Of a stretch of 64,000 nt of DNA, positions 1 through 8,838 are shown in pieces. Position numbers and translations under genes: made by a program. This DNA is from an uncultured Gemmatimonadales bacterium (GTDB lineage Bacteria > Gemmatimonadota > Gemmatimonadetes > Gemmatimonadales > GWC2-71-9). Position 1 is the stretch's first letter; each line of letters opens with the position of its first letter. The DNA lies in contig CAVYSW010000003.1 of NCBI GenBank assembly GCA_963771275.1, forward strand, positions 1,504,001 to 1,568,000, in the 5' to 3' direction. The notes under the pieces were generated by a model. The model was not told the origin of the DNA and did not search any database. It was given only the letters and a program-made list of their open reading frames with translations.

Positions 1-111
1 CGGCACCCGCGCCAGCTCCGCCATCACCCGGGTGTCCAGGGCCGGGTCGATCCGCACCGGCTCCCTGAGCACCTCGACCACGCGGTCCAGCACGCGGTCT
101 CCATCACGCAC
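1..111 (-). CDS. N-terminal fragment of the gene downstream of the ECF sigma factor (candidate anti-sigma factor); runs off the window edge
   Basis: GTG at 111, preceded by GAGGTGGA and overlapping the sigma stop, reads MRDGDRVLDRVVEVLREPVRIDPALDTRVMAELARVP and is open to base 1. Anti-sigma role is inferred from position only. Confidence 0.55.
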   Translation of the reverse strand, partial: MRDGDRVLDRVVEVLREPVRIDPALDTRVMAELARVP

Positions 112-649
112 GCTCCACCTCCTGCAGCAGTCGGCACAGCTCCTCGCGTGCCCGCAGCACCCGCATCTTCAGCGCCGGCACGCTCGCCCCGGTCAACACG
201 ACCATCTCCTCGTAGCTCAGCTCCTCCACGTGCTTGAGGAGGAAGGCCTCGCGGTGCGCCGGTGCCAGCCGGCCGAGCGCCCAGCGAATCGCCTCGCGCG
301 AGGCGTGGCGGTCGCTCTCGTCCCACACCGCCGCGCGGGCCATCGCTCCCTCGTCCGCGATCACCGTGCGGTCGCGCCGCGCCCGCTGCGCGCCCGCCGT
401 CCGGCAGCGGTTGACCAGGATCCCGAACAGCCACGCACCAAACCGCTCGGGGTCCGTGCACCGGCCGAGCGATCGGTACCCCCGGATGAACGTCTCCTGG
501 AGTGCCTCCTCGGCGTCGGCCTGGTTGCCCAGCATCCGCACCGCGTACCGGCCGAGCCGATCCCGATAGCGGGCGACGAGCCCCGCATAGGCCTCCGTGT
601 CCCCGGCCAGGACGCGGCGCACGAAGGTCGCGTCGGCGGACTCGGTCAC
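104..649 (-). CDS. RNA polymerase sigma-70 factor, ECF subfamily
   Basis: Region 2 (DAEEALQETFIRGY..F.AWL..I..N) and region 4 (REAFLLKHVEELSYEEM..TG.S..ALKMRV.RAR). Start is either GTG649 (leaderless, just after the promoter motif) or ATG664. Confidence 0.92.
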   Translation of the reverse strand: MTESADATFVRRVLAGDTEAYAGLVARYRDRLGRYAVRMLGNQADAEEALQETFIRGYRSLGRCTDPERFGAWLFGILVNRCRTAGAQRARRDRTVIADEGAMARAAVWDESDRHASREAIRWALGRLAPAHREAFLLKHVEELSYEEMVVLTGASVPALKMRVLRAREELCRLLQEVERA

Positions 650-656
650 ACCCTCA

Positions 657-684
657 ATACCCATGTGGCGAGTGCGGGGTCACT
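657..684 (-). promoter_or_regulatory. Putative ECF promoter AGTGAC-N16-GGGTAT driving the sigma gene
   Basis: Minus strand reads AGTGAC cccgcactcgccacat GGGTAT; the same boxes and spacing occur on the plus strand at 784-811. Confidence 0.6.
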
Positions 685-780
685 GGGAGGGGAGTGGGGG
701 GACAGGGGGACAGGGGGAGGGGGGGGAGAGAGGCAGTTCTGCCGTCCCCGCCGCTTCTGCCGCCCCTGCTGCTTCTGCCC
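685..780. repeat. G-tract region plus 9/18-bp periodic CTGCC repeat
   Basis: GGGGGACA x2 and long G runs, then TTCTGCCGTCCCCGCCGC / TTCTGCCGCCCCTGCTGC / TTCTGCC (737-779). Confidence 0.6.
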
Positions 781-783
781 CCG

Positions 784-811
784 AGTGACGGGGCGCGGCC
801 CCGGCGGGTAT
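784..811 (+). promoter_or_regulatory. Putative ECF promoter AGTGAC-N16-GGGTAT driving the DUF4382 operon
   Basis: AGTGAC ggggcgcggccccggc GGGTAT, 25 nt upstream of ATG837, which has a GGAGG RBS. Confidence 0.6.
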
Positions 812-836
812 CCCGGGCGGAACCGACGGAGGCTGC

Positions 837-1745
837 ATGCGATTGGCTGGACCGGCTGTGCTCATGCTCACCGGGCTCGTGGCCGGATCAGGTTGCTACC
901 GGGATTCGCTCGGGCCGCAGGCCGATCTGGTTCCGGCGACCGTGCTGCTCACCGACGCGCCGTTCCCCGCCGGTCTGGTCGATCGGGTGGAAGTGTACGT
1001 GTCCCAGATTGCCGCGTCCATGACGGCGGATACCCTCCCGGAGGCTCAGCGGTGGGTGATCGTCGGTGAGCCGCGACGGCGGTTCGACCTGCTCGCGCTG
1101 CAGCAAGGCGCCACCGCGCTCGCCGGCCAGAGCCAGCTCGAGACCGGCCGCTACCTGGCCGTCCGGATGACGGTGAACGGCGACTCGTCCCGCATCGTTT
1201 TGCATGACGGCCGGACCGCCCGCGTGCGCTGGCCGGCCACCGGGGACGTCATCGTCCCGGCCGTGGTCGAGCAGCCGGTCGTCATCTCCGGCAGCGGTGA
1301 CACGCTGGTGCTCGACTTCGACGTGGGGCGGAGCTTCGTCTACAACGTCGACCCGCTGTTCGATTTCGTCTTCGTGCCGGCCTTGCGTGCGGTGCGCGCC
1401 GACAGCACCGGCTGGCTCACCGGGACGGTGCTCGGCGATGCCGACGGCGACGGGGTGGCGCAGCCGATCGCCGATGCACTCGTGACCATGTACCGGGGGA
1501 ACGCGCTCGCGTCCCCTGCCACATGGTGGGCGGTCGCGACCGGGCGCACCAACACGGTCGGCCACTACACGGTCGCGTACCTCACGCCGGGCGCGTATCT
1601 CGTCGTGCTCGAGGCCCCGTGGTCGACACGGCTGGCCGCGATCACCATGCCGGACGTGCTGATCCGCGCCGGCGCGGAATCGCGCCTCGACGTCACGCTG
1701 CCCGACGTCCCCGCGGTGGGCCGCGCGGCGCACTCCTCCCGCTGA
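837..1745 (+). CDS. DUF4382-domain lipoprotein with C-terminal carboxypeptidase-regulatory-like beta-sandwich
   Basis: Signal peptide ending GSGC; VLLTDAPFP, FDLLALQ.G and LVLDFDVGRSF motifs typical of DUF4382; C-terminal G.YT...L.PG.Y.V. Confidence 0.75.
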   Translation: MRLAGPAVLMLTGLVAGSGCYRDSLGPQADLVPATVLLTDAPFPAGLVDRVEVYVSQIAASMTADTLPEAQRWVIVGEPRRRFDLLALQQGATALAGQSQLETGRYLAVRMTVNGDSSRIVLHDGRTARVRWPATGDVIVPAVVEQPVVISGSGDTLVLDFDVGRSFVYNVDPLFDFVFVPALRAVRADSTGWLTGTVLGDADGDGVAQPIADALVTMYRGNALASPATWWAVATGRTNTVGHYTVAYLTPGAYLVVLEAPWSTRLAAITMPDVLIRAGAESRLDVTLPDVPAVGRAAHSSR

Positions 1746-1777
1746 TCTCACGCGTTCCCGAACGACAGGAGCCGCTC

Positions 1778-3274
1778 ATGACGCCTCACTGGTTCGCCAC
1801 GCTCCGCGTGCTCGGCCTGGTCGGAGCCTTGCTGCTCCCGGCCGGAGCGACCGCGCAGCTGATCAACCTCAAGACGCTGCCGGTCGCGGCCGGCGACCAG
1901 TTCATCCTCCAGCCCTCCGCCAACCTCGGCATGGGCGGGGTGTCCATCGCACTCGATGACCCGCTGCTCGACCCGTTCGTGAACCCGGCGCGCGGCGCGC
2001 GCATCGGATCCGCACAGGTCTTCATGCTCCCGACCTACTACTCGATCTCGCAGAACGCCGGCAACGCGAAAACACTCTCGCTGGGCGGGCTGTTCGGCGG
2101 GTCGGGTGCGTTCGGCGGCGGCATCGTCGCCCTGCAGCAGCTCCAGCGGGGCGACGAGTTCTTCGGCCCCATGCCGCTGCGCGAGCTCGACGCCGCGATC
2201 CTGCCGCCCAACGCCCTCGCCGCGCGGTCGGCCCGCAACCTGTACGCGTCCCTGTTCGGCGGCGTCAAGCTGTCGGGCGGCTGGGCGGTGGGCGGAAGCG
2301 CGCTGGTCACCGACCTCGGCGCGATGGATGGTGTGGAGCACCTCTATGCGCTGGCCTCGGCGATCCAGCAGTCCGGCAGCATGGCGGACGTGCGGCTCGG
2401 CGTCCTCAAGCAAACACCGCACGGGGCGGCATTCGAGGCGATGGCCCTGTACGATCGCTTCGACATGACGCACGACGTGAGCTACGTCGACTGGGTGCTG
2501 GTGGACTCGACCACGTGGACCTGGGAGCAGCGCGAGCGGCTGGAGCACAATCAAGACCGGACGCGCACGTGGGGCGCCCATCTCCGCTACACGCGGCCGG
2601 TCGGGACCGCCGGCTGGCGGATCGGCGGGATCCTCACCGCCAACCACAAACAGCACCCCAACATCCCCAACTACGAAATCGTCCAGATCCCGCGCGACCC
2701 GGGTCACAGCAACGCCTTCAATGTCGGCGTCGGATTCGCGAAGGTGTCCGGCGGGACCACGCTGGGCGTCGACCTGATCTACGAGCCGGCCTGGAGCAGC
2801 ACGTGGGCCGAGGCGGCGGCGGACACGGCCACGGTGAGCGGCGACACGATCCGCGCCGGGGGAAGGACGGTGGAGAACGAGTTCAAGTTCTCCAATGCCT
2901 ATGTGAGCCTCGGCGCGCAGCAGGCCGTCGGGCCGGCCGCGTTCCAGCTCGGATTGCAGGTGCGCAGCTACGACTACCACCTCGATCAGTGGGATAACGT
3001 GGCGGACAGCTTCAGGCGGCAGGACGAGCAGTGGATGGAATGGGTGCCGAGCTGGGGCGCCAGCGTCCGGCTCCCCGGCGTCGAGATCCGGTACACCGGG
3101 CGCGTGACCACCGGCACGGGCCGGCCGGGGATTGCCTGGACGGGTGGGGTGGGCGCCCGCGCCGAGGCGGCGGGCATGGCGAACGACATCGTGGTTCCGC
3201 CAGGCGGCCCCCTCACGCTGCAGGACGTGAGCGTGGTGACGCATCAGGTGATGGTGTCGTTGCCGATCAGGTAG
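1778..3274 (+). CDS. Secreted, probably outer-membrane beta-barrel protein
   Basis: AGGAG RBS and ATG1778; signal peptide (ATA-Q); N-terminal GMGGVSIALDD..NPA motif reminiscent of FadL/PorV-like barrels; alternating beta-strand pattern. Confidence 0.65.
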   Translation: MTPHWFATLRVLGLVGALLLPAGATAQLINLKTLPVAAGDQFILQPSANLGMGGVSIALDDPLLDPFVNPARGARIGSAQVFMLPTYYSISQNAGNAKTLSLGGLFGGSGAFGGGIVALQQLQRGDEFFGPMPLRELDAAILPPNALAARSARNLYASLFGGVKLSGGWAVGGSALVTDLGAMDGVEHLYALASAIQQSGSMADVRLGVLKQTPHGAAFEAMALYDRFDMTHDVSYVDWVLVDSTTWTWEQRERLEHNQDRTRTWGAHLRYTRPVGTAGWRIGGILTANHKQHPNIPNYEIVQIPRDPGHSNAFNVGVGFAKVSGGTTLGVDLIYEPAWSSTWAEAAADTATVSGDTIRAGGRTVENEFKFSNAYVSLGAQQAVGPAAFQLGLQVRSYDYHLDQWDNVADSFRRQDEQWMEWVPSWGASVRLPGVEIRYTGRVTTGTGRPGIAWTGGVGARAEAAGMANDIVVPPGGPLTLQDVSVVTHQVMVSLPIR

Positions 3275-3341
3275 CGGGGGAGCGGCAGGAGCGGGGCCGC
3301 CGCGGTCGAATGCGCTATGTTAGTGCGATCGCGGAGGGGTC

Positions 3342-3800
3342 ATGAAGGCAGGGAGACAGGCGACTGCCGCGCTGATCCTGTGGGGTGTCACGGTGGTGGT
3401 CGTGGGAGTGACGTTCTATCGCTCGCACCGGGCGACGCACGCGTCCGCCGATCCGCGCATGGTGATCGCCCTGCCGGGTGCGACGCGTGATTCCGTGCTG
3501 GGCGAAATGCGGGCGATGCTCGCTGCCGTGAACGGCATGCTGAGCGCGTCGGTGCGCGGCGACAGCGCGGCGCTCCGCGCGGCCGCGGCGGCGGCGGGCA
3601 CGGCGCAGGCGATCGCCACGCGCGGGGCCGACCTGCCCGCGGAGTTCCGCAGCCGGGCCGCCGAGACCCACAGCCTGTTCGACAGCGTGGCGGCGGCCGT
3701 CGCGGCGGGCGCGCCGCGAGACACGGTGATGGCCCACCTCGCGCGCCTCGCCGCCGGCTGCACCGCCTGCCACGTGGCGTATCGACTGGGCCCGCGATAG
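3342..3800 (+). CDS. Class II (cytochrome c'-like) monoheme cytochrome c
   Basis: N-terminal hydrophobic anchor, helical body, and a single C-terminal CXXCH (CTACH) followed by ..YR. Confidence 0.75.
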   Translation: MKAGRQATAALILWGVTVVVVGVTFYRSHRATHASADPRMVIALPGATRDSVLGEMRAMLAAVNGMLSASVRGDSAALRAAAAAAGTAQAIATRGADLPAEFRSRAAETHSLFDSVAAAVAAGAPRDTVMAHLARLAAGCTACHVAYRLGPR

Positions 3801-3902
3801 CCTGGTGACCGCGGCGCGAGCCGCGCCCGTCTCATCGGGCAGATCGCGGCCGAGTGGCCGCTTGAGCGGCGTTCTGGAGGTGGGTTGCGGTGGCCCGAGC
3901 CT

Positions 3903-5483
3903 TCAGTGCGCCGCGGAGTCGGGCGCCTGTGGCCCCGCCAGCCGGGCGAGCAGCGCCGCCGCGCGCGCGGCCGGCACCCCCATGTTGGCGCCGCCGTACT
4001 CGGGCTGAATCGCGGCCGCGATCGCCACCACCTCCCCGGCGAGGTTGAGCACCGGGCCGCCGCTCCCACCGTGCGTCGTTTCCGCGTCGAACACGACCGC
4101 CGCCGCCGTCACCTGCCCAACGATGCCCTGGCTGGCGAGCGGGCTGATGTGGCCGCTTTGCGAGAGCTTGAGCGCGGCGGTCCAGAAGGTGAGCGTGCTG
4201 TCCGCGAGCAACTGGCGGACGAACGCCGCGTCCGCGCGGGCCATGAGCGCCCGCATGCCGAGCGGGTAGCCCAGCACGATCACCTCATCACCGGCCGCCG
4301 GGGCGTCGGTGTGCAGCGTCAGGGCGGCACTCAGGGCGGCGGGCCCCGTGGCCCGCAGCACCGCGAGATCGGACGAGTCGTCCACGGCGACGAGCGAGAG
4401 ATCGAATCCATCGGGCACGCCCGGCAGGTAGCCGCGGAACCGCTCGAGCACGGGAGCGAAGCCGCGCTTGAGAATGGCCTGGGCCGCGTCATCCGACTCC
4501 CACGGCACCGCCACATGACGATTCGTGAGTATCAGCCCGCCGACGCCCGCCACGAAGCCCGTGCCGGTGACGAGCGCCTCGACCACGGGGCCGTCGCCGT
4601 CGAGCGTGAGGACCGGGTCGCCGTCGGCGTCGCTCAGCAGGCTGCCGTCGGGGCCCACCGCGCGGCGGAGCGGACGCTGCGATGCCTGCTCGATAAAATG
4701 GTACGCGGTCTGGAGGAAGGCCGTCGACCGCGCGGCTGTCGCGATCACCTTACTGCCGGCCCGCGAGCGCGATTCGAGCGCCTCGAGACGGGTGCTCGCC
4801 GCGTGCAGCTCGGTGAGCAAGGTGTCGATCTGCCGGGGGCCGAGCGCGTTCCGGCCGACCTGCGCCGCCGGCCCCGCGATCTGCGCCAGGCGCTGTTCGA
4901 GCGTGTAGTTGCGATAGGCCAGCAGGCCCACGGCGCCGCCCAGGAGCACCAGCACCGCGGCGACGGCTCCGCGGAAGCGCCGGGTCGTGCGGGTTGCGAG
5001 TTCGAGCGGCACCGCCGTGACCAGCCGGCCGGCCGTCTTGAGCGTGCCGCTCTTGCTGTACCGCGCGGTCGCCCGCCAGTCGGCGAACACATCGCTCACC
5101 GATTTCGCCGGCTCCGCGCCCGCGGCGTACAACCGGAAGCGCAGCACCGGCCCGCCGGCCCCGATCTCCACCACGTCGCCGGACGCGAGCACCAGGCGCG
5201 CAATCCGTTCGCCGTTCACCCAGACGGGGCAGTCGGGCTGCGGCGCGATCTCGTAGCTCGCGCCGCGCCGTGCGAGTGTGGCGCAGTGGCCGTCCGCCGG
5301 TGCGGCGAAATCCGACGCGCTCACGCGCACGTCGGCGTCGGCGCCAGTGCCCACCCGCACGCGCTCGCCGCGCAGCCGGACGCTCGCGCCACGATGCGCG
5401 CCGGACAGATGGATCATCACCGCGGTCGGTGGATGCGTGGGGGCCAGCGGAGGCGGGGACGGGGGAACGACGTCGTCTTCCAT
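3903..5483 (-). CDS. FHA-like domain plus trypsin-like (S1) serine protease, single transmembrane segment
   Basis: N-terminal FHA-like fold (RVGTG..ADV, VWVNGERI, LASGDVVEIG); TM helix; catalytic triad motifs TNRHV, SDLAV, HGGSGGP. Confidence 0.85.
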   Translation of the reverse strand: MEDDVVPPSPPPLAPTHPPTAVMIHLSGAHRGASVRLRGERVRVGTGADADVRVSASDFAAPADGHCATLARRGASYEIAPQPDCPVWVNGERIARLVLASGDVVEIGAGGPVLRFRLYAAGAEPAKSVSDVFADWRATARYSKSGTLKTAGRLVTAVPLELATRTTRRFRGAVAAVLVLLGGAVGLLAYRNYTLEQRLAQIAGPAAQVGRNALGPRQIDTLLTELHAASTRLEALESRSRAGSKVIATAARSTAFLQTAYHFIEQASQRPLRRAVGPDGSLLSDADGDPVLTLDGDGPVVEALVTGTGFVAGVGGLILTNRHVAVPWESDDAAQAILKRGFAPVLERFRGYLPGVPDGFDLSLVAVDDSSDLAVLRATGPAALSAALTLHTDAPAAGDEVIVLGYPLGMRALMARADAAFVRQLLADSTLTFWTAALKLSQSGHISPLASQGIVGQVTAAAVVFDAETTHGGSGGPVLNLAGEVVAIAAAIQPEYGGANMGVPAARAAALLARLAGPQAPDSAAH

Positions 5484-5581
5484 GCGGTGACTCCGATCGC
5501 GACCGGGTCCTCGATGAGAACCGCCTGTTGAGGGCTGGCTCGGCGTGTAAGTTAGGGCATTCCCCCGTGAGAGATGTCCGC

Positions 5582-7216
5582 GTGGCCGATCGAGGGCAGC
5601 GCCGGTTGGGAGGCTGGGGGTTCGAGGGAGAGAGCTTCCCCCCTCGGCCCCGCTGCTGGCGTGGCTCGAAGCTCATCTCGGCACCACGACGCCGCTGCCC
5701 GCCGGAGACCCGGCGCACGCACGGCTCGAGGCACCCCGGTCACTCCCGACGCTCGGCGCCTCCGTCTCCACGACGAGCCGCGATCGCCTGTTGCACGCGC
5801 GCGGCCAGGGGTTCCCCGACCTCGTCCGCATGCGAGCGGGCGCGATCGGCCGCGTACCGGACGCGGTCGTCTGCCCTGCCGGCGACACCGAAACGGAGGC
5901 GGTGCTGCACGCCTGCGCGCGCGCGGGCGTCGTCGTCGTTCCCTGGGGCGGCGGCACGTCGGTCACCGGCGGGGTGAACGTCGCCCCTGGAGACGGGCCG
6001 GCGGTGAGTCTCGACCTGACGCGCCTTGCCGGTCTCGAGACGCTCGATGCCGTGTCGGGCCTCGCCGCCGTGGGGGCCGGCACGCTCGGCCCCGCGCTCG
6101 AGCGCGCGCTCGCCGCGCGCGGGTTCACGTTGGGGCACTTCCCGCAGTCGTGGGAGCTGTCGAGCGTGGGCGGGTGGATCGTCACCCGCTCCTCGGGGCA
6201 GGAGTCGCTCGGCTATGGCTCGATCGACGATCTGGTGGCGGGCCTCACGCTGATCGCTCCAGCTGGGCGTCTCGACCTTCCGGCCTGTCCCGCCAGCGCG
6301 GCCGGCCCCGATCTCCGCGAGCTGGTCTTGGGGAGCGAGGGCCGGCTCGGCGTGGTGACGCGGGCCACGCTGCGCGTGCGCCCGCGCCCGGCGCGCGTTG
6401 CGGTGATCGGCGCCCTCGCCCCGGCGTGGGAGGCCGGACTCGAGGCGTCGCGGGCCCTGGTGCAGGGCGAGGGACGGCTCACGCTGCTCCGGCTGTCGGA
6501 CGAGCCCGAGACGCAGGTGGCGATGACGCTCGGCCTGTCGCGGCTGGGCGCCCTGGCTCCGCTGGTCCATCGGCTGGCTCGCGCTCCGGGGCGTGCGGGA
6601 CCGCGGCTGCCTCATGCTCGTCGGTGCCGCGGGGTCGGAGCGCCACGTGCGCCGCGAGCTCGCGCGCGCCCGGGCATTGCTCCGGCGCCACCGGGCGGTG
6701 GGGCTCGGAGCGCGGCCCGGACAGACGTGGCTCGCCGACCGGTTCCGCCACCCGTACCTGCGTGACGCGCTGCTCGAGCGCGGCGTCGCGACGGACACCC
6801 TGGAGACGGCGGCCCCGTGGTCCCGCGTGCCCGCGCTCGCGCAGGCGGTGCGCGCGGCGCTGGCGAGCGCGCTCGAACGGGAGAGCGAGCGGGTCGCCGT
6901 GCTGTGCCACGTCTCGCATCCCTATCCCGACGGGGCGTCGCTCTACTTCACCTTCTTCTTCCGTTGCCCCGCCGATCCCGATGCGGCCGTGGCCCGCTGG
7001 GCGACGATCAAGCGGGCGGCGACGACGGCCATCGTGGCGGGCGGCGGTACGCTGAGTCATCATCACGGCGTCGGCGCCTGGCACGCACCGTGGCTGGCGC
7101 GCGAGGTCGGCCAGACGGGTGTCGATCTGCTGCGCGCGGCGGCGACCCGGCTGGATCCCACTGGGGTCCTCAATCCGCACGTCCTGCTCGATCCGACGGA
7201 TCGACTGGAGAGCTGA
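5582..7216 (+). CDS. Alkyl-dihydroxyacetonephosphate synthase-like FAD-linked oxidase, broken by two frameshifts as sequenced (pseudogene or sequence error)
   Basis: RRLGGWGFEG N-terminus in frame 2; PWGGGTSVTGG, GHFPQSWELSSVGGW, GSEGRLGVVT in frame 1; CHVSHPYPDGASLYFTF and HHHGVG in frame 2. Frame changes occur at the C6 run 5638-5643 and near 6571. Confidence 0.85.
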
Positions 7217-7218
7217 TC

Positions 7219-8838
7219 ATGTTCCATCCAGGATGGCGCGAGCGTGCCGTGGCGGCCCTCGACGAGCCGTTCGACCTGATCATCATCGGGGGCGGGATCA
7301 CCGGTGCCGGTATCCTGCTGGACGCCGCGCAGCGCGGCCTCCGCGTGCTGCTGGTCGAACGCCAGGACATCGCGTCCGGCACGTCGTCCCGGTCGTCCAA
7401 GCTGGTGCATGGCGGGCTGCGCTACCTCAAGCAGATGCACTTCCGGATCACGCGGCTCGCCTGCCGGGAGCGAGATCGGATGGTGGCGCTCGATCGGCAT
7501 CTGGTGCGCCCGATCCAGTTTCTCTACCCCGCCCGCCAGAGTGACGCGACGCCGGGATGGACCGTGGACCTGGGGCTGTGGATGTACGATCGGCTCACGA
7601 GCCGGCCGCAGCGGCACCGGCACCTCGACCGCGAGGAGGTCGCCGCGATGGCCCCGGGCCTCGACCTCGAGGGGCTGGATCGGGCGATGGTCTACACCGA
7701 TGCGATGGCGGACGACGCCGTCCTCACCCTGGCCGTCGCCGCCACGGGCTTCGCGTTCGGTGGTCTCATGCTCACGCGTGCCGAAGCCGCCGAGCCGATC
7801 CTCGGGGCGGACGGCCTGATCCACGGCGTCGTGCTGCGCGATCTCGAGACCGGCCGGGCGCATCACGTCCGCGCGCACGTCGTGATCAACGCCACGGGCG
7901 TGTGGGTCGATCGCGTGCGCGACGCGTTCGGCCTGCCGGGCACGCATCTCCGTCCGTCGCGGGGCTCCCACCTCGTGCTGCGCACGGCGACACTGCCGTT
8001 CAAGGCGGCGGTGACGATCCCGTCGCCGGACGACGGCCGGCCGGTGTTCGTGATCCCTCATCCCGAGGGCGTGCTGGTGGGCACCACCGACATCTACCAC
8101 GAAGGCCGGCTCGACGACCCACGGCCGACGCAGAACGAGGTGGACTACCTGCTGCGCGCACTGCGCTCGCAATTCCCCAGCCGGAACGTGTCGCAGCGCG
8201 ACGTGGTCGGCGCGTTCGCGGGCTTAAGGCCGATCCTCGACACGCACGCCGAGAACCCATCCGAGGCGAGTCGCGAGGAGGCGATCTGGGAGGAAAGGGG
8301 CATGCTGTCGGTGGCGGGCGGCAAGCTCACCACGTGGCGCGTGACCGCGGCGGAGGCCGTGGAGGAAGCGCTCAAGCTCCTTCCCGAGGAGCGCGTGGAC
8401 AACGTGGGCCCGAGTCTCACCGAAGGAACGCCGCTTGCCGGCTTGGCGCCGCCGCAGCTGCCGGCGGCGCTGCGCGAGCGGGCGGACCTGCTCGACTCCG
8501 TGGCGGAGGGGATGGCCCGCCGGCTGCGTGACTACGCGTGGTGGGCGCTCCACCTGTCGCGTGACCGGCGGGAGCTCGATCCGCTGTTGCCCGGCACCGA
8601 CCTGTCGGCGGCGGAGGTGCGGGTGCACCTGCGCTTCGGCGCCGTGCTGCATCTGGAAGACCTGCTGCTGCGACGCGCCCGGGTGGGCCTGTGGGAGCCG
8701 GAGCGCGCCCGCGCGCTCGTGCCGTTGCTGCGGCTGCTGTTCGCGCAGGAGCTGGGGTGGGACAACGCGCGCTGGGGAAGCGAGGAGGCGGGTTTCGCCC
8801 AGGCGCTCGAAGCCTGGACGCCGGAGGGCATACGGTGA
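7219..8838 (+). CDS. glpD: FAD-dependent glycerol-3-phosphate dehydrogenase/oxidase (GlpD-like)
   Basis: IIGGGITGAG, SGTSSRSSKLVHGGLRYL, NATGVW, GTTD, FAGLRP, GGKLTT motifs; ATG7219 follows GGAG. Confidence 0.88.
   Translation: MFHPGWRERAVAALDEPFDLIIIGGGITGAGILLDAAQRGLRVLLVERQDIASGTSSRSSKLVHGGLRYLKQMHFRITRLACRERDRMVALDRHLVRPIQFLYPARQSDATPGWTVDLGLWMYDRLTSRPQRHRHLDREEVAAMAPGLDLEGLDRAMVYTDAMADDAVLTLAVAATGFAFGGLMLTRAEAAEPILGADGLIHGVVLRDLETGRAHHVRAHVVINATGVWVDRVRDAFGLPGTHLRPSRGSHLVLRTATLPFKAAVTIPSPDDGRPVFVIPHPEGVLVGTTDIYHEGRLDDPRPTQNEVDYLLRALRSQFPSRNVSQRDVVGAFAGLRPILDTHAENPSEASREEAIWEERGMLSVAGGKLTTWRVTAAEAVEEALKLLPEERVDNVGPSLTEGTPLAGLAPPQLPAALRERADLLDSVAEGMARRLRDYAWWALHLSRDRRELDPLLPGTDLSAAEVRVHLRFGAVLHLEDLLLRRARVGLWEPERARALVPLLRLLFAQELGWDNARWGSEEAGFAQALEAWTPEGIR

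Noticed and set aside
685..780. Short repeats as a possible CRISPR array
   Set aside because: Units are 8-18 bp and contiguous, with no unique spacers, and no cas genes are present.
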